DNA of 64,000 nucleotides from Hemiscyllium ocellatum (taxonomy: Eukaryota): the NCBI RefSeq assembly GCF_020745735.1, contig NC_083417.1, positions 64,294,001-64,358,000 of the forward strand. Direction: 5' to 3'. This document shows positions 1 through 14,329 of the stretch, in pieces. Each line of letters starts with the position of its first letter. The stretch's first letter is position 1. The position numbers and the translations under genes were made by a program. The notes below the pieces were generated by a model. It was not told where the DNA came from, did not search any database, and worked only from the letters and a program-made list of their open reading frames with translations.

Positions 1-3000
1 GAGCATGGGGGTGTGATAGATGGCATCAGTAGGAAGGGAGAGAAGTTTCAGATACAGTCACATAGATGGGGTAATTCCAGGAAAGGTAAGAGAGTGTTGG
101 AAAATATGGGGGGTGATGGATTCTCAGGGGGGCGTAGCATGAACAGACGTATTTCTGGTATTGAGACTGGCTCTATTGCAATGAGGGGTAAGTCGGGTTC
201 CAAGAGATCAATTGTATTAAGGGACTCTCTAGTCCGATGTACAAAGAAATGTTTCTGTGGCCAGCAGTGAAAAATCAGAATGGTGTGTTGCTTCCCTGAT
301 TCTATCATCAAGGATGTCAGAGAGGGTGCAGAATGTTTTCAAGGGGAGGAGGACCAGCAGGACGTCATTATATACAATAGAACCAATGACATAGGAAGGG
401 AAAAGGTTGAGATTTTGAGGGGAGATTACAGAGAGTAAGGCAGGAATTTAAAAAGGAAGTCCTCGGGAGGAGTAATATCTTGATTAGTCCTGGGGCTACG
501 AGGTAGTAAGGGCAGGAATAGGAGGATAGAGCAGATGCATGCATGGCTGAGCAGCTCGTATATGGGAGAAGGATTCACATTTTTGGATCATTGGATTCTC
601 TTTTGGCGTTGAAGTGACCTGTACAAAAAGGACGGATTGACTAATTTGGAAGGGGACTAATATACTGGCAGGGTGATTTGTTAGAGCTACTTGGGTAAAT
701 TTAAGCTGGTAAATTGACAGGATGGGCTCCAGGGAGATAGTGAAGAAAGAGATCAATCTGAGACTCGTACAGTTGAGAACAGAAGCGAGTAAAACAGTCA
801 GTGCAGGTAGGAACAAAGCGGAGAACAAGGGAGGACTGATAAATTAAACAGCATTTATTTCAGTGCAAGGGGCCTAACAGGGAAGGCAGATGAACTCAGG
901 GCATGGTTGGGAACATGGGACTGGGATATCGTAGCAATTACAGAAACATGGCTGAGAGATGGACAGGCCTGGCAGCTTAACTTTGAAGGATACATATGCT
1001 AAAGGGAGGATAGAAAGGGAGGCAAGAGAGGAGGGGAGTGGTGTTTTTCATAAGGGATAGCATTACAGAGAGGATATTTCCAGAAATATATCCAGGGAAG
1101 TTATTTGTGTGGAACTGAGAAATAAAAAGAGGATGACCACCTTACTAGGATAGTGTTATAGACCTCCTAAATAGTCAGGGGAAATTGAGAAACAAATTTG
1201 TAAGGAGATCTCAGTTATCTGTAAGAATAATGGAGTGGTTATCGTAGAGGTTTTTAACTTTCCAAAAAGAGACTGGGACTGCCAAAGTGAAGGGCTTAGA
1301 TGGAGAGGAATTTATTAAGTGTGTACAAGAAAATTTTCTGATTCAGTTTGTGGATGTACCTGCTAGAGAAGATGCAAAACTTGACCAACTCTTGGGAACT
1401 AAGGCAGGGCAGGTGATTGAGGTGTCAGTGGGCACCACTTTTGGGCCGGCGATCAAATTCTATTAATTTTAAAATATTGATGGAAAAGGATAGACCAGAT
1501 CTAAAAGTTGAAGTTCTAAACTGGAGAATGGCCAACTTTGACGGCATTAGGCAAGAGCCTTCAAAAGCTGATTGGGGCAAATTGCTCACAGGTAAAATGA
1601 TGGCTGGAAATTGGGAAGCCTTCAGACATGAGATAATGAGAGTCCAGAGAAAGTATATTCCTGCTAGGGTAAAAGGATAGACGAGTAGTTATAGGGAATG
1701 CTGGATGACTAAAGAAATTGAGGGTTTGGTTAAACAAAAGAAGGAAGCATATGTCAGGTATAGGCAGGATCGATCGAGTAAATCCTTAGAAGACAATAGG
1801 AGTATACTTAAGAGGGAAATCAGGAGGGCAAAAAGGGGACATGAGATCGCTTTGGCAAATAAAGTTAAAGAGAATCCAAAGCGTTTTTACAAATACATTA
1901 AGCACAAAAGGGTAACTCGGGAGAGAATAGGGCCCCTCAAAGATCAGAAAGGCAGCCTTTGTGTGGAGCCGCAGAAAATTGGGGAGACACTAAACGAGTA
2001 TTGTGCATCAGCATTTATTGTGGAAAATGATATGGAAGAGAAAGAATGCAGGGAAATAGATGGTGACTGCTTGAAAAATGTCCATATTTCAGAGGAAGAA
2101 GTGCTAGATGACTTGAAATGCATAGATATGACGAAATACAGGAATGACTAGCCAATTGGATGCAGAACTGTCTTCAAGGTAGATGACAGAGGGTGGGGTG
2201 GAGGGTTGTTTTTCATAGTGGAAGCCTATGACCAGTGGAGTGCCAAAAGGATCGGTGCTGGGTACCCTACCTTTTGTGATTTGGATGAGCGCTAAAGAGG
2301 TATGCTTAGCAAGTTTGCAGATCACACCAAAATTGGAGGTGTAATGGACAGCGAAGAAGGTTACCTCAGATTAAAATGGGATCTTGAGCAGATGGACCAA
2401 TGGGCTGAGAAATAGCAGATAGAGTATAATTTAGATAAATGCGAGGTGCTGCATGTTGGGAAAGCAAATCTTAGCAGGACTTATACACTTAATTGTAAGG
2501 TCCTAGGGAGTGTTGCTGAACAAAGAGACCTTGGAGTGCAGGTTCATAGCTCCTTGAAAGTGAAGTCACAGGTGAATAAAACTGTGAAGAAGGCAGTTGG
2601 TATGCTTTCTTTTACTGGTCAGAGTGTTGAGTACATGAGTTGGGAGGTCAAGTTACAGCAGTACAGGGCATTGGTTATGCCATTGTGGGAATATTGTGTG
2701 TAATTCTGGACTCCTTCCTATTGGAAAGATGTTTAAGAACTTGAAAGGTTTCAATAAAGATTTGCAAGGATGTTGCCAGATTTGGAGGATTTGAGCTATT
2801 GGGAGAGGCTGAACAGGCTGGGGCAGCATCCCCGGAGCATCAGAGGTTCAGGGGTGACCTTATAGAGATCTACAAAATCATGAGAGACAAGGATAGGATA
2901 TGTAGACTTTTCCCTGGGGTGGGAGTGTTCCAAACTAGAGGATATAGGTTTAGAGTGACAGTGGAAAGATATAAAAGAGATCTGAGGGACAGCTTTTTCA

Positions 3001-3226
3001 TGCAGAGGGTGGTATGTTAAGGAATGAGCTGCCATAGGAGGTGCTGGAGGCTGGTACAATTGCAACATTTGAAAGGTATTTGGATGGGTATATGAATAGG
3101 AAGGTTTTGGAGGAATATGGGCCAGGTGCTGGCAAGTGAGACTAGATTGGGTTGGGATATCCTGTCAGTATGGACGGATTGGACCGAAGGTCTGTTTTTG
3201 TTCTGTACATCTCTATGACTCTATCT
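1..3226 (+). mobile_element. Degenerate CR1 LINE (ORF1 esterase remnant, ORF2 with internal deletion, tail)
   Basis: Fragments RDSLVR (about GDSIVR), KENPKRFYKY, DLGVQVH and RGDLIE, with a TCTATGACTCTAT tail at about 3212-3224. Confidence 0.9.
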
Positions 3227-4119
3227 GAATTTGTCTCTTTAACAAAGATGTAAAGAATATTTGAAATATAATTTATCTTAGCAAAAAGTCGTAAAGTGAA
3301 AATGACAAAATTTAATTAAGTAGATGGCCTCTGGGATAATTGACAACCTAAAGAATCAGTAAAGAGACAGTGGGAGGTGATAACTTTCAAATTCCATAAT
3401 CCTTAAGAGCCAAGTAGAAATTGAGTTTGCATCCATCTAGATAAGAAACTTGAAAGGTAGAAGCAGCAGTTGGCCATGTGAAGCTGCATCACCATTCAAT
3501 TTTATCGTGACTGGTAATCAAGCCTAGTCCCTTGATCCTCCCCTCCCCTCCATCCTAAGCCACGGCAGCTATGTCTACCTCCTGATTGAAAGTGCATGAT
3601 GTTTTCATCTCAACCATTTTCTGTGGTATCAAATTCCATAGGGTCAACACTCTCCGGGTGAACAAATTTATCTTCATCTCAGTTACTTCTACTCATCTCA
3701 TTTTTGTCTATTCTCATCGCTTAAGCCAATTCGTAATAGGTCTCGCTCATCCGAGGCCAATCAGAATACAACGACGGAATTGAGCATGCTGTATGTTTTT
3801 TTTTGTGGCTTGGAAACGGTTATAAAACTAAAGCTTTTGAAGTAAAGGCACGCATGAGAGTTTCAAATTATACTGCTTCGAGTTGGGCATGTTCTTAAGG
3901 CATTGGAGAGACACTGAGAAACCAAGTGTCAAAGTGCACCATAAGCAGAATCAGAGATCAAGAGCCCAAATATCTGTAAAGTCACTGTCCAGCTTTAATA
4001 GGTATTATTTATAACCTAAGTCAAAGTTACCTGAGTTATTGCACAAAACTGTCTCTTGTTTCCTTATTTGAGTGAAAAGCCCTTGAAACTTGCAAAACAT
4101 CTGCCAGTGGTATACAATT

Positions 4120-4790
4120 TCAGACGTTTAGGTGAACACAAGACCAGGGGGAATCGCTTCAGTGGTCAAAGGCATTCAACCTCGGATCTTTAGGTGAACA
4201 TCCTCCAAGGCAGACTTCAGGACATGTGGCAATGCAGACTTGCTGAATAGAGGCTGACAATCATGTTCAGTATCCATGAGGGCAGCGTCAACCCGGATAT
4301 TAAGTTCATATCACACTACAGATTACCTGACCACAATATACACAAAATGATATGCACCGGCACATGCACACGCACACTCTCACACAAACACACGCATACG
4401 GACCCTCTCTCATACACACAACACATTCACACTCGCGCTTTCTCACACACACATACTCCCACACACTTACTCACGCTCTGTGGCAAGAACACGCACACTC
4501 ACGTGCATACTCTCACAAAAGATATACTCCCACACAGTTACACACACTCCATCTCTCAAGCACACACTCTCTCAAGAGCATGTCCACATGCTCCTACACA
4601 AACACACACATGCACACCTGCACTCTCTCCATCAACCACACCCTCTCACCAACAAGTTCTCTCTCTCTTTCTCTCTGTCACACACACATGCATTCACAGA
4701 TATAAATCTATGGGGTGAATTTGCATTGGCAGATTTGTATTTGTAGATGCACTCTATTTTGTTCAAAAACCACGCAAAGAAGGAGTCAGG
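4120..4790 (+). mobile_element. Penelope-like 3' fragment with decayed CA/CT-rich tract
   Basis: Resembles the GIY-YIG C-terminal region followed by low-complexity CA repeats. Duplicate at about 53150-53790 and a related tract at about 32590-32700. Confidence 0.6.
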
Positions 4791-6200
4791 AAGTTTGATG
4801 AGGGCAGAGCGGTAGATATCATCTATATGGATTTCAGTAAGGCCTTTGATAAGATTCCGAGTGGCAGGCTGCTTTGGAAGAATAGTTTATATGGAATCCA
4901 GGGGGAGTTGGAAAATGAGATACTCAATTGACTTGATGGTAGGAAGCACAGGATAATAGTGGAAGGATGTTTGTTGGACTGGAGGCCTGTAACTAGTGGT
5001 GTGCCTCAGGTGGCGGTGCTGGGCCCATTAGTTTTGTTCACTATATTAATGATTGGGTGAGAATGTACAAGGCATGATTAATAAGTTTGTAGATGACATT
5101 AAAATAAGTGTTATTATGCACAGGGTGGAAGGTTATCAGAAAATGCAACAGGATATTGATCAGCTGGGGAAGTGGGTCAAGAAATGGCAAATGAAGTTTA
5201 ATATAGATAAGTGTGAGGCGTTGCATTTTGGAAAGTCAGATCAAGTTACGAGTTTCATGGTGAATGGTTGAGCCTTAAGGAGTGTAGTGGAACCGGGGGA
5301 GATTGGAACTCAAGTTTCACAGTTCCCTGAAAATGAAGTCATGGGGAGACAGGGTAATGAAGAATGCTTTTGGCACACTGGCCTTCATCAGTCAAATCAT
5401 TGAATATAGAGGTTGGGAAGTTATGTTGCAGTTGTGTAGGACATTGGTGAGACTGTGTTTGGAGTATTGTGTTCAGAATTGGTTACCTTGCTGTAGGAAG
5501 GATGCTATTAAACTGGAAATAGTGTAGAAGAAATTTATGAGGACGTTTCTACGACTCAACTGTCTGAGTTATAGGGAGAGATGAGACAAGGAATGGCATT
5601 TTTCTTTCAAGCACAGGAGACCAAGGGGCAATCTTTTAGAAGTGCATAAGGTTATGCGAGGCATGGGTAGGGTGAATGTATTCAGTCTTTTTTTTTCCAG
5701 GGTTGGACAGTCGAGGACTACAGAGCATCACTTTAAGTTTAGAGGAGAGAGAATAAAAGGGAACCTGAGGGGCAACATTTTTACACAGAGGGTAGTAAGC
5801 ATATGGAATGAGCTGCCAGTGAAAGTTGTTGAGGTGGATACATTAACAAAATTTAAAAGGTAGTTAGATAAAAACATGGATAGGAAAGGTGTACAAGGAT
5901 ACTGTACTCTGGGGAGTGAAATCCACTGATTCATGATCTTTAGAGAGAAATAAAAAGGGACATTTAAACAACTCTTGGATAGGTATATGGAAGATAGTAC
6001 AATGAAGGGCATATATTAAACTAGGATAAAAGGTCAGCACACCATCGAGGGCTGAATGGTCTTTACTGTGTCGTACAGTTCTATTTCCTATAAGGATACA
6101 GGTCAAGTGCGAGGAAGTGGAGTTAGTGTAGATGGACATTTTTTTGTGGCATGGACCAGTTTGGACCAAAGGGCCTGTCTCCATGTTGTAGGACACTGTA
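4790..6200 (+). mobile_element. 5'-truncated CR1 fragment(s)
   Basis: RT remnants (DFSKAFD, FVDD about FADD, FTQRVV). Duplicate at 53790-53864 plus 58165-59490. Confidence 0.85.
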
Positions 6201-9200
6201 ACTATCTATAGACAGTCAGTCAGTGTGGCATTTTATAAATTCCCACTTTGGAAATTAAACCAATCTGGCTCCAAATTGAAATACAAACAGACTTGAAACG
6301 TAGCCTCACACCTGAAATGTACTGTCTGACTTGATGTATGACCTTTATTCAGATCAAGTCTGAATTTATCTTGGAGTAGTAACTTAAAAGAAATTCTGGG
6401 ACTTCCATATTAATCAATCAAAAGCTGCATCTCCATTCTAACTGATTAAAGACTTTATCGCCATCTCGGTTTGTTCAATATATTCACACAAACTATGTGA
6501 CCCTTTGACCTTTTACTTCTAAATTCTGCGCCCGATGTATTCTCTCTTCCCAGCTGCCTGAGGAAGGAGCTGCGGCTCTGAAAGTGTGTGGTTTCAAATA
6601 AACCTGTTGGAATACAACCCAGTGTCATGTGATTTTTTTTTGCTTTCGAGAAGCGACTACTGGAATTGCTTTGAAGTATTGGCCCACAAACAGTTACACG
6701 GAGACGGTAATGTTTGCTAATCACAACTCCAAACTTTTATTGACAGTTCAAACATCAAAATGTAAGTGTATTTTGATATTGTTTGTTATTTGCAGCGCTG
6801 TCACTTTCAGATGATGTACCTCCCAATGAAAAATCAACGTGATTAACTAAGTATCAACATGAGCAGCAGTACAACTACGATGGACTGAATGTGAAACTTT
6901 GCTTTTGTTGCTTGTGTTCTTTCACGCTTCCATGACTTGTACTTAAGTTTGTCTAAGCGACAGTTTTTTTGTGCCAAATGTGCTATGAAGTGATGTGATC
7001 CAAATATGACTAGTAGACTGTGTAGGCTGCATACATATCGTTAACCTATAGCAAACAAGACATTAATAAGGTAAAGGCATACAACTGCAACAATGATCCA
7101 AACGCAAGAAGAAGGGAAGCTTAGTTGGAATTGAACAGCCTGGAGAGCTTTCACAGTAAAATATATTTACACTTGGTAAGTGTCAAAAGAATATTACATT
7201 TTTCAACTCAAGGCAAGAGAATTATAATCTAGACAGAGAGACAACGGCAAATTGTTCCACCACTCTTCCTTGCTAACACTTTCCTAAAATGAGTGAGTTT
7301 GTAAACTCATCAAATATCACGTTCACCACACAAAAGTGTTCCTGAATAGGATTTTCTCGGAATCTACGTCATTATAAAAATAACTAGGATTCAAAAAAAC
7401 TGCAGATGATCTAAGACAATACTCTGTTCCATAAATTTCTGTGTGTGCGTGTGTGTGTCTGCATATGTATTGAGTGTTTTCTGAATAAGAACAGTAAATG
7501 GGGCAAGTTATGATTTAGTATGCTTTATTTTTCCTTGAACTGTTACTTGGGCAAAGTGTGTTAAAATTAATACACTGCAGAATTTTCATTTTTCTTGTTT
7601 CTCCTCATTTAGTAGGTTTATTAAGAATGTATATTTGCATACAATCTGACACTTATCAATACCTGCTTCTTGTTTAAAGTAAATTCTCCTGGGCATAAAG
7701 CATCAATTTGTTGTTGAGTAAAGGAGAATTGCGATCTTGTTCTTAGTGCTGAACATTTTACTGTCTATAAATTATATAATTGATGAAATCCAAACATTGG
7801 TGCATTTAAAATGGTATACACATTGGAAGATTATGATTTGTAAAAGAAAATAGTTCACTTCTCCACAATCAGTCAGGACAATTTGAACAAGAAAATGTTT
7901 CGACTGAAAATGGAAATTGGTGCTATAAGATGAAGCGTTTACACATTCTCATCTATATCAGGAAAGCATTTCGAAAATTTCACAAAGACAAATGCAAAAT
8001 GGAATGTCTGTCGGATGGAACTGCAAGTGTGTTTCTAATAACACCGAAGTGTAGATGAGACAAGATTGCTACTATTCATCACTAGACACATTTTCACTAT
8101 TCTGCAACACACAAAATTAAATTTAGCATAATGTATTGGTGCTTTTAAGCTGAATGACTGAACCGCATCCGTTGTTTCGCTTGATTAGCAACTCACAATT
8201 TTCAATATTAATTCTGTGGGTGGTTAAGGCAATAAGGTTAAAATGATGCAACCTTCTGTAGAGCTAATAGTTCGCCCACACATTGACCTTTTATGTGCTT
8301 TGTTGTTTTTAAAGATGCACCACCACTTCAGTTAATCAATTGTCACGTTGCTTCGATATTGCAACAGTAAACTACCATTGGAAAATCTACTGTGGCGAAA
8401 TTAAAAAAAACAATACCATTGGTAGACAGCTGTGCAAATTCTGTTGAAAGCCTCATGGGCTCAAAAGGGATTGTATTTTATTCTTTCTGGTTGTATCTTT
8501 AAATAAACAGCAGTTTAAATAGGTGCTTAATATTCCACCGATTCTTGATAAAGGCAAATGACCTCAAATTTACTGTCTGTTGCAAGCGGAATACATGAAG
8601 AATTATTTATAAGTTGAAAATGAGAAAACTACTGTTGAGGATATAGCACAGCTGAGACTATTTGAGGAGGTCTTTACAAATGTCTGAACCCATAAAATAT
8701 TTAATATTTTGTGATGCCACGTGGATAGTTGTCAACTCAGTGGCTGTATAACATTAGCTAAAAGGAAATTGGCATCTCCATTCAGGAAATACATGGATTA
8801 TTCCAACGACTTAACCTTCAACAATTTCATATTCAATAACGTGAACGAGATTGACAATCATAATACAGCAAAGCACCACAGAACTCAAAATACTCACGTG
8901 GGAACATCACTCACCAAGAGAAAACAGCCAATGTTGATTTGTAGTAGGCAGTATGGATTCTGTATTTACTGAATTTAGACCTATGCACAATAGATCTAAT
9001 GTTGTAGCATTACACAGTCACACTTAGAGAAACGTATTGGCTGAATATAAGTTATAATAGATTCGGTAAGGTTTGGTTCAGAAAGACAGTTAAAGCAATT
9101 TTAGACAAATACTTGATTTTTATACTGTAGATAACATTCTGTGTTACGATATCACTGCATTGTTACATCGAGTAGAATCATACGGTATGCAGAAGCCTGA

Positions 9201-9694
9201 GTTGACATTACAGATAAATAAAAGCAAAATTTCTTGTGGATGGGTGGGAGGTTTCCTACCGCTGTGCAAGGAGGTTGGAGTCGGGTCCCAACTGTTTCAG
9301 TGGATGTGTAGTGCCATTTTGGAAGAACTTGATTATAAAATATCTACACCAATCTCATAACGTTTGTATCTAAATATTTGTTTCCGATAATTTTGTTTCT
9401 ATGTAGACCGTGTGTTTCTTTCTACAAATGGGCATATTCTGAAATGCATTCTTCATTTTTCTACATTCACGTTTTCTCTGTGCAATCATCTCATCAAAGG
9501 CTAGTACTCGTTCAGTCTGCAAATCCAATGTTTGACAATGTCACTTATGTATCATTTTATGCGGTAATTCAAAGTAATTACCACAAAAGCTACCAAACGC
9601 CGATTTTCTAAACAGCGTTAAAGTCCACAAAAACGCATTTCCTTCGTTATTACATGAATGTTAATGGTACTTTGGTGATATAAGTCAGTAAGGC

Positions 9695-9803
9695 CTACCT
9701 TGGCGGATATATAATTTCCTTTTGACATTTGTGTCGTAACGATTTCTTGCCTCTGCTCAAGTCCAACGCAGCACAATGTGTCAGAATCCAAGTACTTGGT
9801 TTC
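9695..9803 (-). pseudogene. Pseudogene paralog exon 6 (decayed ITIM tail)
   Basis: HCAALDLSRGKK..IIY aligns with intact QYTAVEFSRGKR..STY at DNA level (shared tcttgcctctgct on the + strand). The ITIM Tyr has become Cys and the acceptor AG has become TG. Confidence 0.7.
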
Positions 9804-10798
9804 CACCAAATTGTGACTAGTAAACAACAGTTGACCAGGATTCAAGATGAGGTGCAGAAACTATATATGTTTGCACAATTGGTCTTATTGGAGCATTGTG
9901 ATCCCTGCAGTTAATACATCATTCTGTCAATGCTCATGCCACAGGCTGATATTATTGACATGAGCAGCAGATTTACAACATTAAGAAATTTTCTTTCCTC
10001 ACAACTGAAGCATGGATGTATCTACAATCAGTTGTCACCTGAACATATCTTTCAGCAACCTGGCAATATTCCTTGAATGATTAAAGGATCATCAGTTATC
10101 AGGTACATTCCTCATCATGGTTTTAAAGAGTCACTGACAGCTGGCCAATACTGAGAGAATAGACATGAACTGTTCTGGCATGATTTTGATATACTATTTC
10201 CGTTAAAGCATTTCTTTTCTTTACCATTTCAACATCTACCTAAAGGAATGAATGAACGTAGCTCTTCTGTGTATTTTGGCCCATTTGTACATTTGTTTGT
10301 CTGCAGCAAACAAAACGTAATAATATTTTAAATGTTTATTTAGTTCCCATATTCGTGATTGCAAATATACATTCATTGTTAAGGCAATGTGAAGAGTAGC
10401 TTACGAGTTTGGACTGCACAAAGGTATTTGAAATGCCGCACCGTATACAAACTAGCAGTAACGTTTTCTTTGCATTTTTCTTGAAATATTAGGGAATATT
10501 TTTGGAGATTAAGGGAAACCATCTCACTCTTTAAAATTCTTTATTGCATAGACTTCTGGCATTGGTATCCTGCCTGATCTTTATATGACTCAAGGGAAAG
10601 ATTCGCTTAGTTCTCTCTTAAACATAGCAAAGCAAGTGGTTAGAACTGGATAGTAGTAAGTGGATAATAGGCCCCGAAGTCAGCTCGACCACTCAATATT
10701 CTAATTTTCCGCCTCAGCTGCATATTCTTCCATGCAGTACATATTCCTTAATTTTTGAGACACTAAAATCTATCTATTTTACCATTCAACATACTCAC

Positions 10799-10837
10799 AG
10801 CTCGCTGGGGCTGGTCAGTGCAAAGGTTCTCAAGTTT
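10799..10837 (-). pseudogene. Pseudogene paralog exon 5 (KLENLCTDQPQRA)
   Basis: Donor GCT|GTGAGT. CTDQPQR aligns with CTRQPDR of intact exon 5. Confidence 0.6.
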
Positions 10838-11573
10838 CTGCTTAACGTAGTTGTAGGTGATCGACTGACACTCTGCTGAGAAACTACCTTTCTATTCAAA
10901 ATTGTCCTGGCTACCACAAACAATCTCCAGTGTGTACCCTATCGTGCCCAGTCAGCGCATCGCCAATTTCTCAAAGGTGAATAGAAACAAAGAATAAATA
11001 TTGAACTTTTTCACAAAGCCCACGGCAGGAGAATGAATAAAATGGCTTTGATACAGGGATGGGGGAGCTGTTATAGAAACTCAGCCATATGGATTTTGTA
11101 AACTGCATCAGGTTGAGATGTTGTATTGTTTCCTGTTGCTCTTTGTCCTTACAGTCTATTTCGGCCACAGACTCGCCCCCGCTCACTTTCCTGATCGAAC
11201 CTCAACAGAATGGGTTAGTTAGTGATTCTTCAGGAGTGAGCCTTTCATTTAACATCTTTGAACAGGCACGTTTACATCTAAGCAATAATACATATCATTA
11301 TGACCTTGTTTTAACGTTTTGTAATCATACCAATTTCATAAACTGCATTTCAAAATAATCGGCATTCGCTCATGACAAAAAACAATGTCAGTCGCGGTCT
11401 CCTGATGGAAGTTTTTTTTCGTCCGAAACGTCGATTCTCCTGCTCCTCGGATACTGCCTGACCTGCTGTGCTTTTCCAATACCACACTCTCTACTTTCCC
11501 TCCCCGTCGAGTTATGAAGTAGTCAGTAACATCGAGGTTTGCATTTAAATAGTTAGCGTATAGTAGATCTTAC

Positions 11574-11728
11574 CATTGTTATATCCCAACTGGTAGCACG
11601 TTCGAGCAAAGTTCCCGAACGCCAGGAACATCGCTTCAGTAGCCACACACCCAATAACTGCAAAGTGAAATGGTATTTCGACACGAGCTACAAGGTTGAA
11701 ACAATGATTACATTATGGCGAATGTTGA
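11574..11728 (-). pseudogene. Pseudogene paralog exon 4 (probable TM exon, disabled)
   Basis: Acceptor gccttttcAG, donor ATG|GTAAGA. Translation NIRHNVIIVSTL*..LLGVWLLKRCSWRS has an in-frame stop, and its KR..RS ending resembles the intact TM exon. Confidence 0.55.
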
Positions 11729-12227
11729 CTGAAAAGGCCTTAGCGTTGATTAGCAAATCTGCTGCTTTCAGTATATCTGTTCAAATTGCATTAAGACTAG
11801 ACAGAAAAACACAGGTAATATTTGAAGTAACGTCTTCATAAAATAAACTAGACATTCGGGATTAATCTATGAAAGAGATTGTTGTTTAAGCAATTTCATA
11901 ATATTAGCAGAGTGAATTCAATGAGAGAGGGACAGATTGTATGTAATCAGATGATTTAATCAGTTTCTTCTCTTTTTATAGATATATGTCTTTATGTAAT
12001 TTTCCGGTAATGAGCAGTATTACTTCTTGAAGCATAACTTCACTCATTGTGTGTTCTATACTGGGAGATATTCGAGTGCAAGCATCGGGATAGCAACTCT
12101 TTATAACTGCCTTGGTGTAAAGATAGCAGGCAATGGGAACAAAAACAAAACAGAAAAGTATGAACAATAAATAGATGCGCAAGTATATTTATGTCGAATA
12201 TAAAGCATTTATTAACACACTTACTTT

Positions 12228-12760
12228 CATTGCTCGCACCTTTGAATATGGGGGTTGAGAGGTCATGTTCAGGTTATTTGACGTTGGCGAGGGGTCTTCT
12301 GGAATACTGTGTCCAGTTCTGGTCGCCCTGTTAGATGGAGGATATCATCAAACTGGAGAGGGTTCAGAAACGATTTACGAGGCTGTTGCCAGGAATAGAA
12401 TGTTTGAGTTACAGGAAGAGGCTGGATAGACTGGGACGTTTTTCACAGGAATATAGGAGGTTGAGGGATGGCATGACAGCGGGTTTTTTCCTAATCATGA
12501 GGGGTAAACATACGGTAATTGGTAGGTGACCTTTTCCTATGGTGGGGGATTTCAAGACTTGGAGGCATTTTCTAAGGTGTCAGGCGAAAAATTTTAAAAG
12601 GAATGTGGGGGCACACTGTTACACAGAGAAGATTTCGTGTGTGAAATGAGTTTCCAGGGGAAGTGGTGAACTGAGGTACAGTTACAATGATTAAAAGACA
12701 TGAATCAGAAATGTTTGGAGCGATATGAGCCAAGAGCAGGCGGGTGCGGCTACTATAATT
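12228..12760 (+). mobile_element. CR1 3' fragment in the pseudogene C1-TM intron
   Basis: LERVQKRFTRLLPG motif. Confidence 0.85.
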
Positions 12761-13049
12761 TGGGATTATGTCTTTTATAGGCTGGCTGTAGTCTGTTTAC
12801 CTGCTGTATGACTTTTGCTGTTATTGACCTGGTGTATAAAAGGAAAGAATGTTTGTGGAGAATGACTAATAGTCGGTGATTTAAAGTATTGAGAAGAAAT
12901 TGCCTTCAATTTTAATGTTTGCCTTAATATATTACAAAGGATTTCCGTGAACACTCTTCCTGAACAGTAATAGCCACAAAGTTTACGCTGGAAATCTATA
13001 CAAATTGTACAGGAAGATGGCTCTCTTTCTTGCACTGTTAGCTTCCTAC

Positions 13050-13352
13050 TTCAGGGATTATGTGTCACAGCACCTGAAATCTGCAGTGAGCTAGGAAAGG
13101 TGAACATATATATATATCTGTTGTTACTTAGGATAGGTTGGATCTCAACCAAAGAGTTGGAAACTCCATACAGCCCATCGGGGTTCTTCACATTAGTTAT
13201 ACGTATTACTATTGCGTTCTCAATGTCATTTTTATATCAGGTGATCGTGAGTTCCGACGGATGAAATACAGCTGTTTCACATGCGGGAATCAGAGAATCA
13301 GTGGAATTCATTTCGAGTGGCCTGCAGGCAATCCACAGTGAGCTTGGTGTCG
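13050..13352 (-). pseudogene. Pseudogene paralog exon 3 (C1 domain, disabled)
   Basis: Acceptor ctacacctcAG|CG. Translation ..CETAVFHPSELTIT*YKND..DGLYGVSNSLVEIQP aligns with the intact CETVPFYPDDFTLAWYING..GLYEVSSSLVVSQP. The Trp codon has become TGA. Confidence 0.85.
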
Positions 13353-14329
13353 CTGAGGTGTAGAAAACAAAATTATTACCGGATTTCAATGTGGAAAATT
13401 GAATATAATTCAGATTAATATTTGGTAGTTTTACGATTAGAACACCATTCGAAAGTGATACTTCTGTCATTTTAATGTTTCTCACATCATCTGCACCTAT
13501 GAATTCAATGGACACGCCAGCATGCGATGAATTTCATGAGATCTGCATTTTCCTAGATGTCAATTCGGAACAAGGATCAATGGTATCGATAAGTTAATTC
13601 TGTTTTCTCTACACTGACACTACCAGACTGCCTGAGTTTCTCCAGCAACTTCTGCTTTTGCTTCAGATTTCCAGCATGCATAACTCTTTGTTTTAAATTT
13701 TGATAGCGCTGGGGTTAGGCAGAGAATCAAAATGGACCAACAGTCGTCTCTACACTGGGGGAAGCACATTATTACAGATGATTTTCAATTATGATATGTT
13801 TACAACTTGTCCAGAATTTCCTCAGTCGGGTACATACTACACAATGTACATAATGTAAGTAATAAGTATGTTACATTTGGAGGTCTAATTAATCTGATTA
13901 AACGTCATTTGTTTTCGAGTTTCGAGAAGATTTGTAGCTCAGGTTGAGTTTCTGGATGTAGGTTTGCTCGCTGAGCTGGAAGCCTCATTTTCATTTGTTT
14001 GTAGTGCGCTGAGTCCGGTTTTATTTGTCTACCGCGACACCACGAAAGATGAAAGTACAACTTATCTGAAAATGTGCTGATTGTCATGCTTTTACTGACA
14101 AAACAAACGCAACACAATAATCATAAAAGCAAAACATAATACTGCGGTTGCTGGTATCCGAAACTAGCATGGAAATGGCTGGAGAAATTCAGCAGGTCTG
14201 GCGGCATTTGTGGAAATAAGCAGATATGACTCTTTGTCAGTACTCAACTCTGCTTCTCCCTCCACAGATACACCATTTAAATCACAAAAGAAAGCTAATT
14301 GCCTTTGATGCATTATCAACTGTTCGTAA

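Noticed and set aside
4263-4746. His/Thr-rich ORFs (also 53323-53821)
   Set aside because: They are translations of decayed CA/CT microsatellite within a repeat.
11150-11358. Plus-strand acceptor and ORF SISATDSPPLTFLIEP..
   Set aside because: No recognisable domain or partner exons. It lies antisense within a pseudogene intron.
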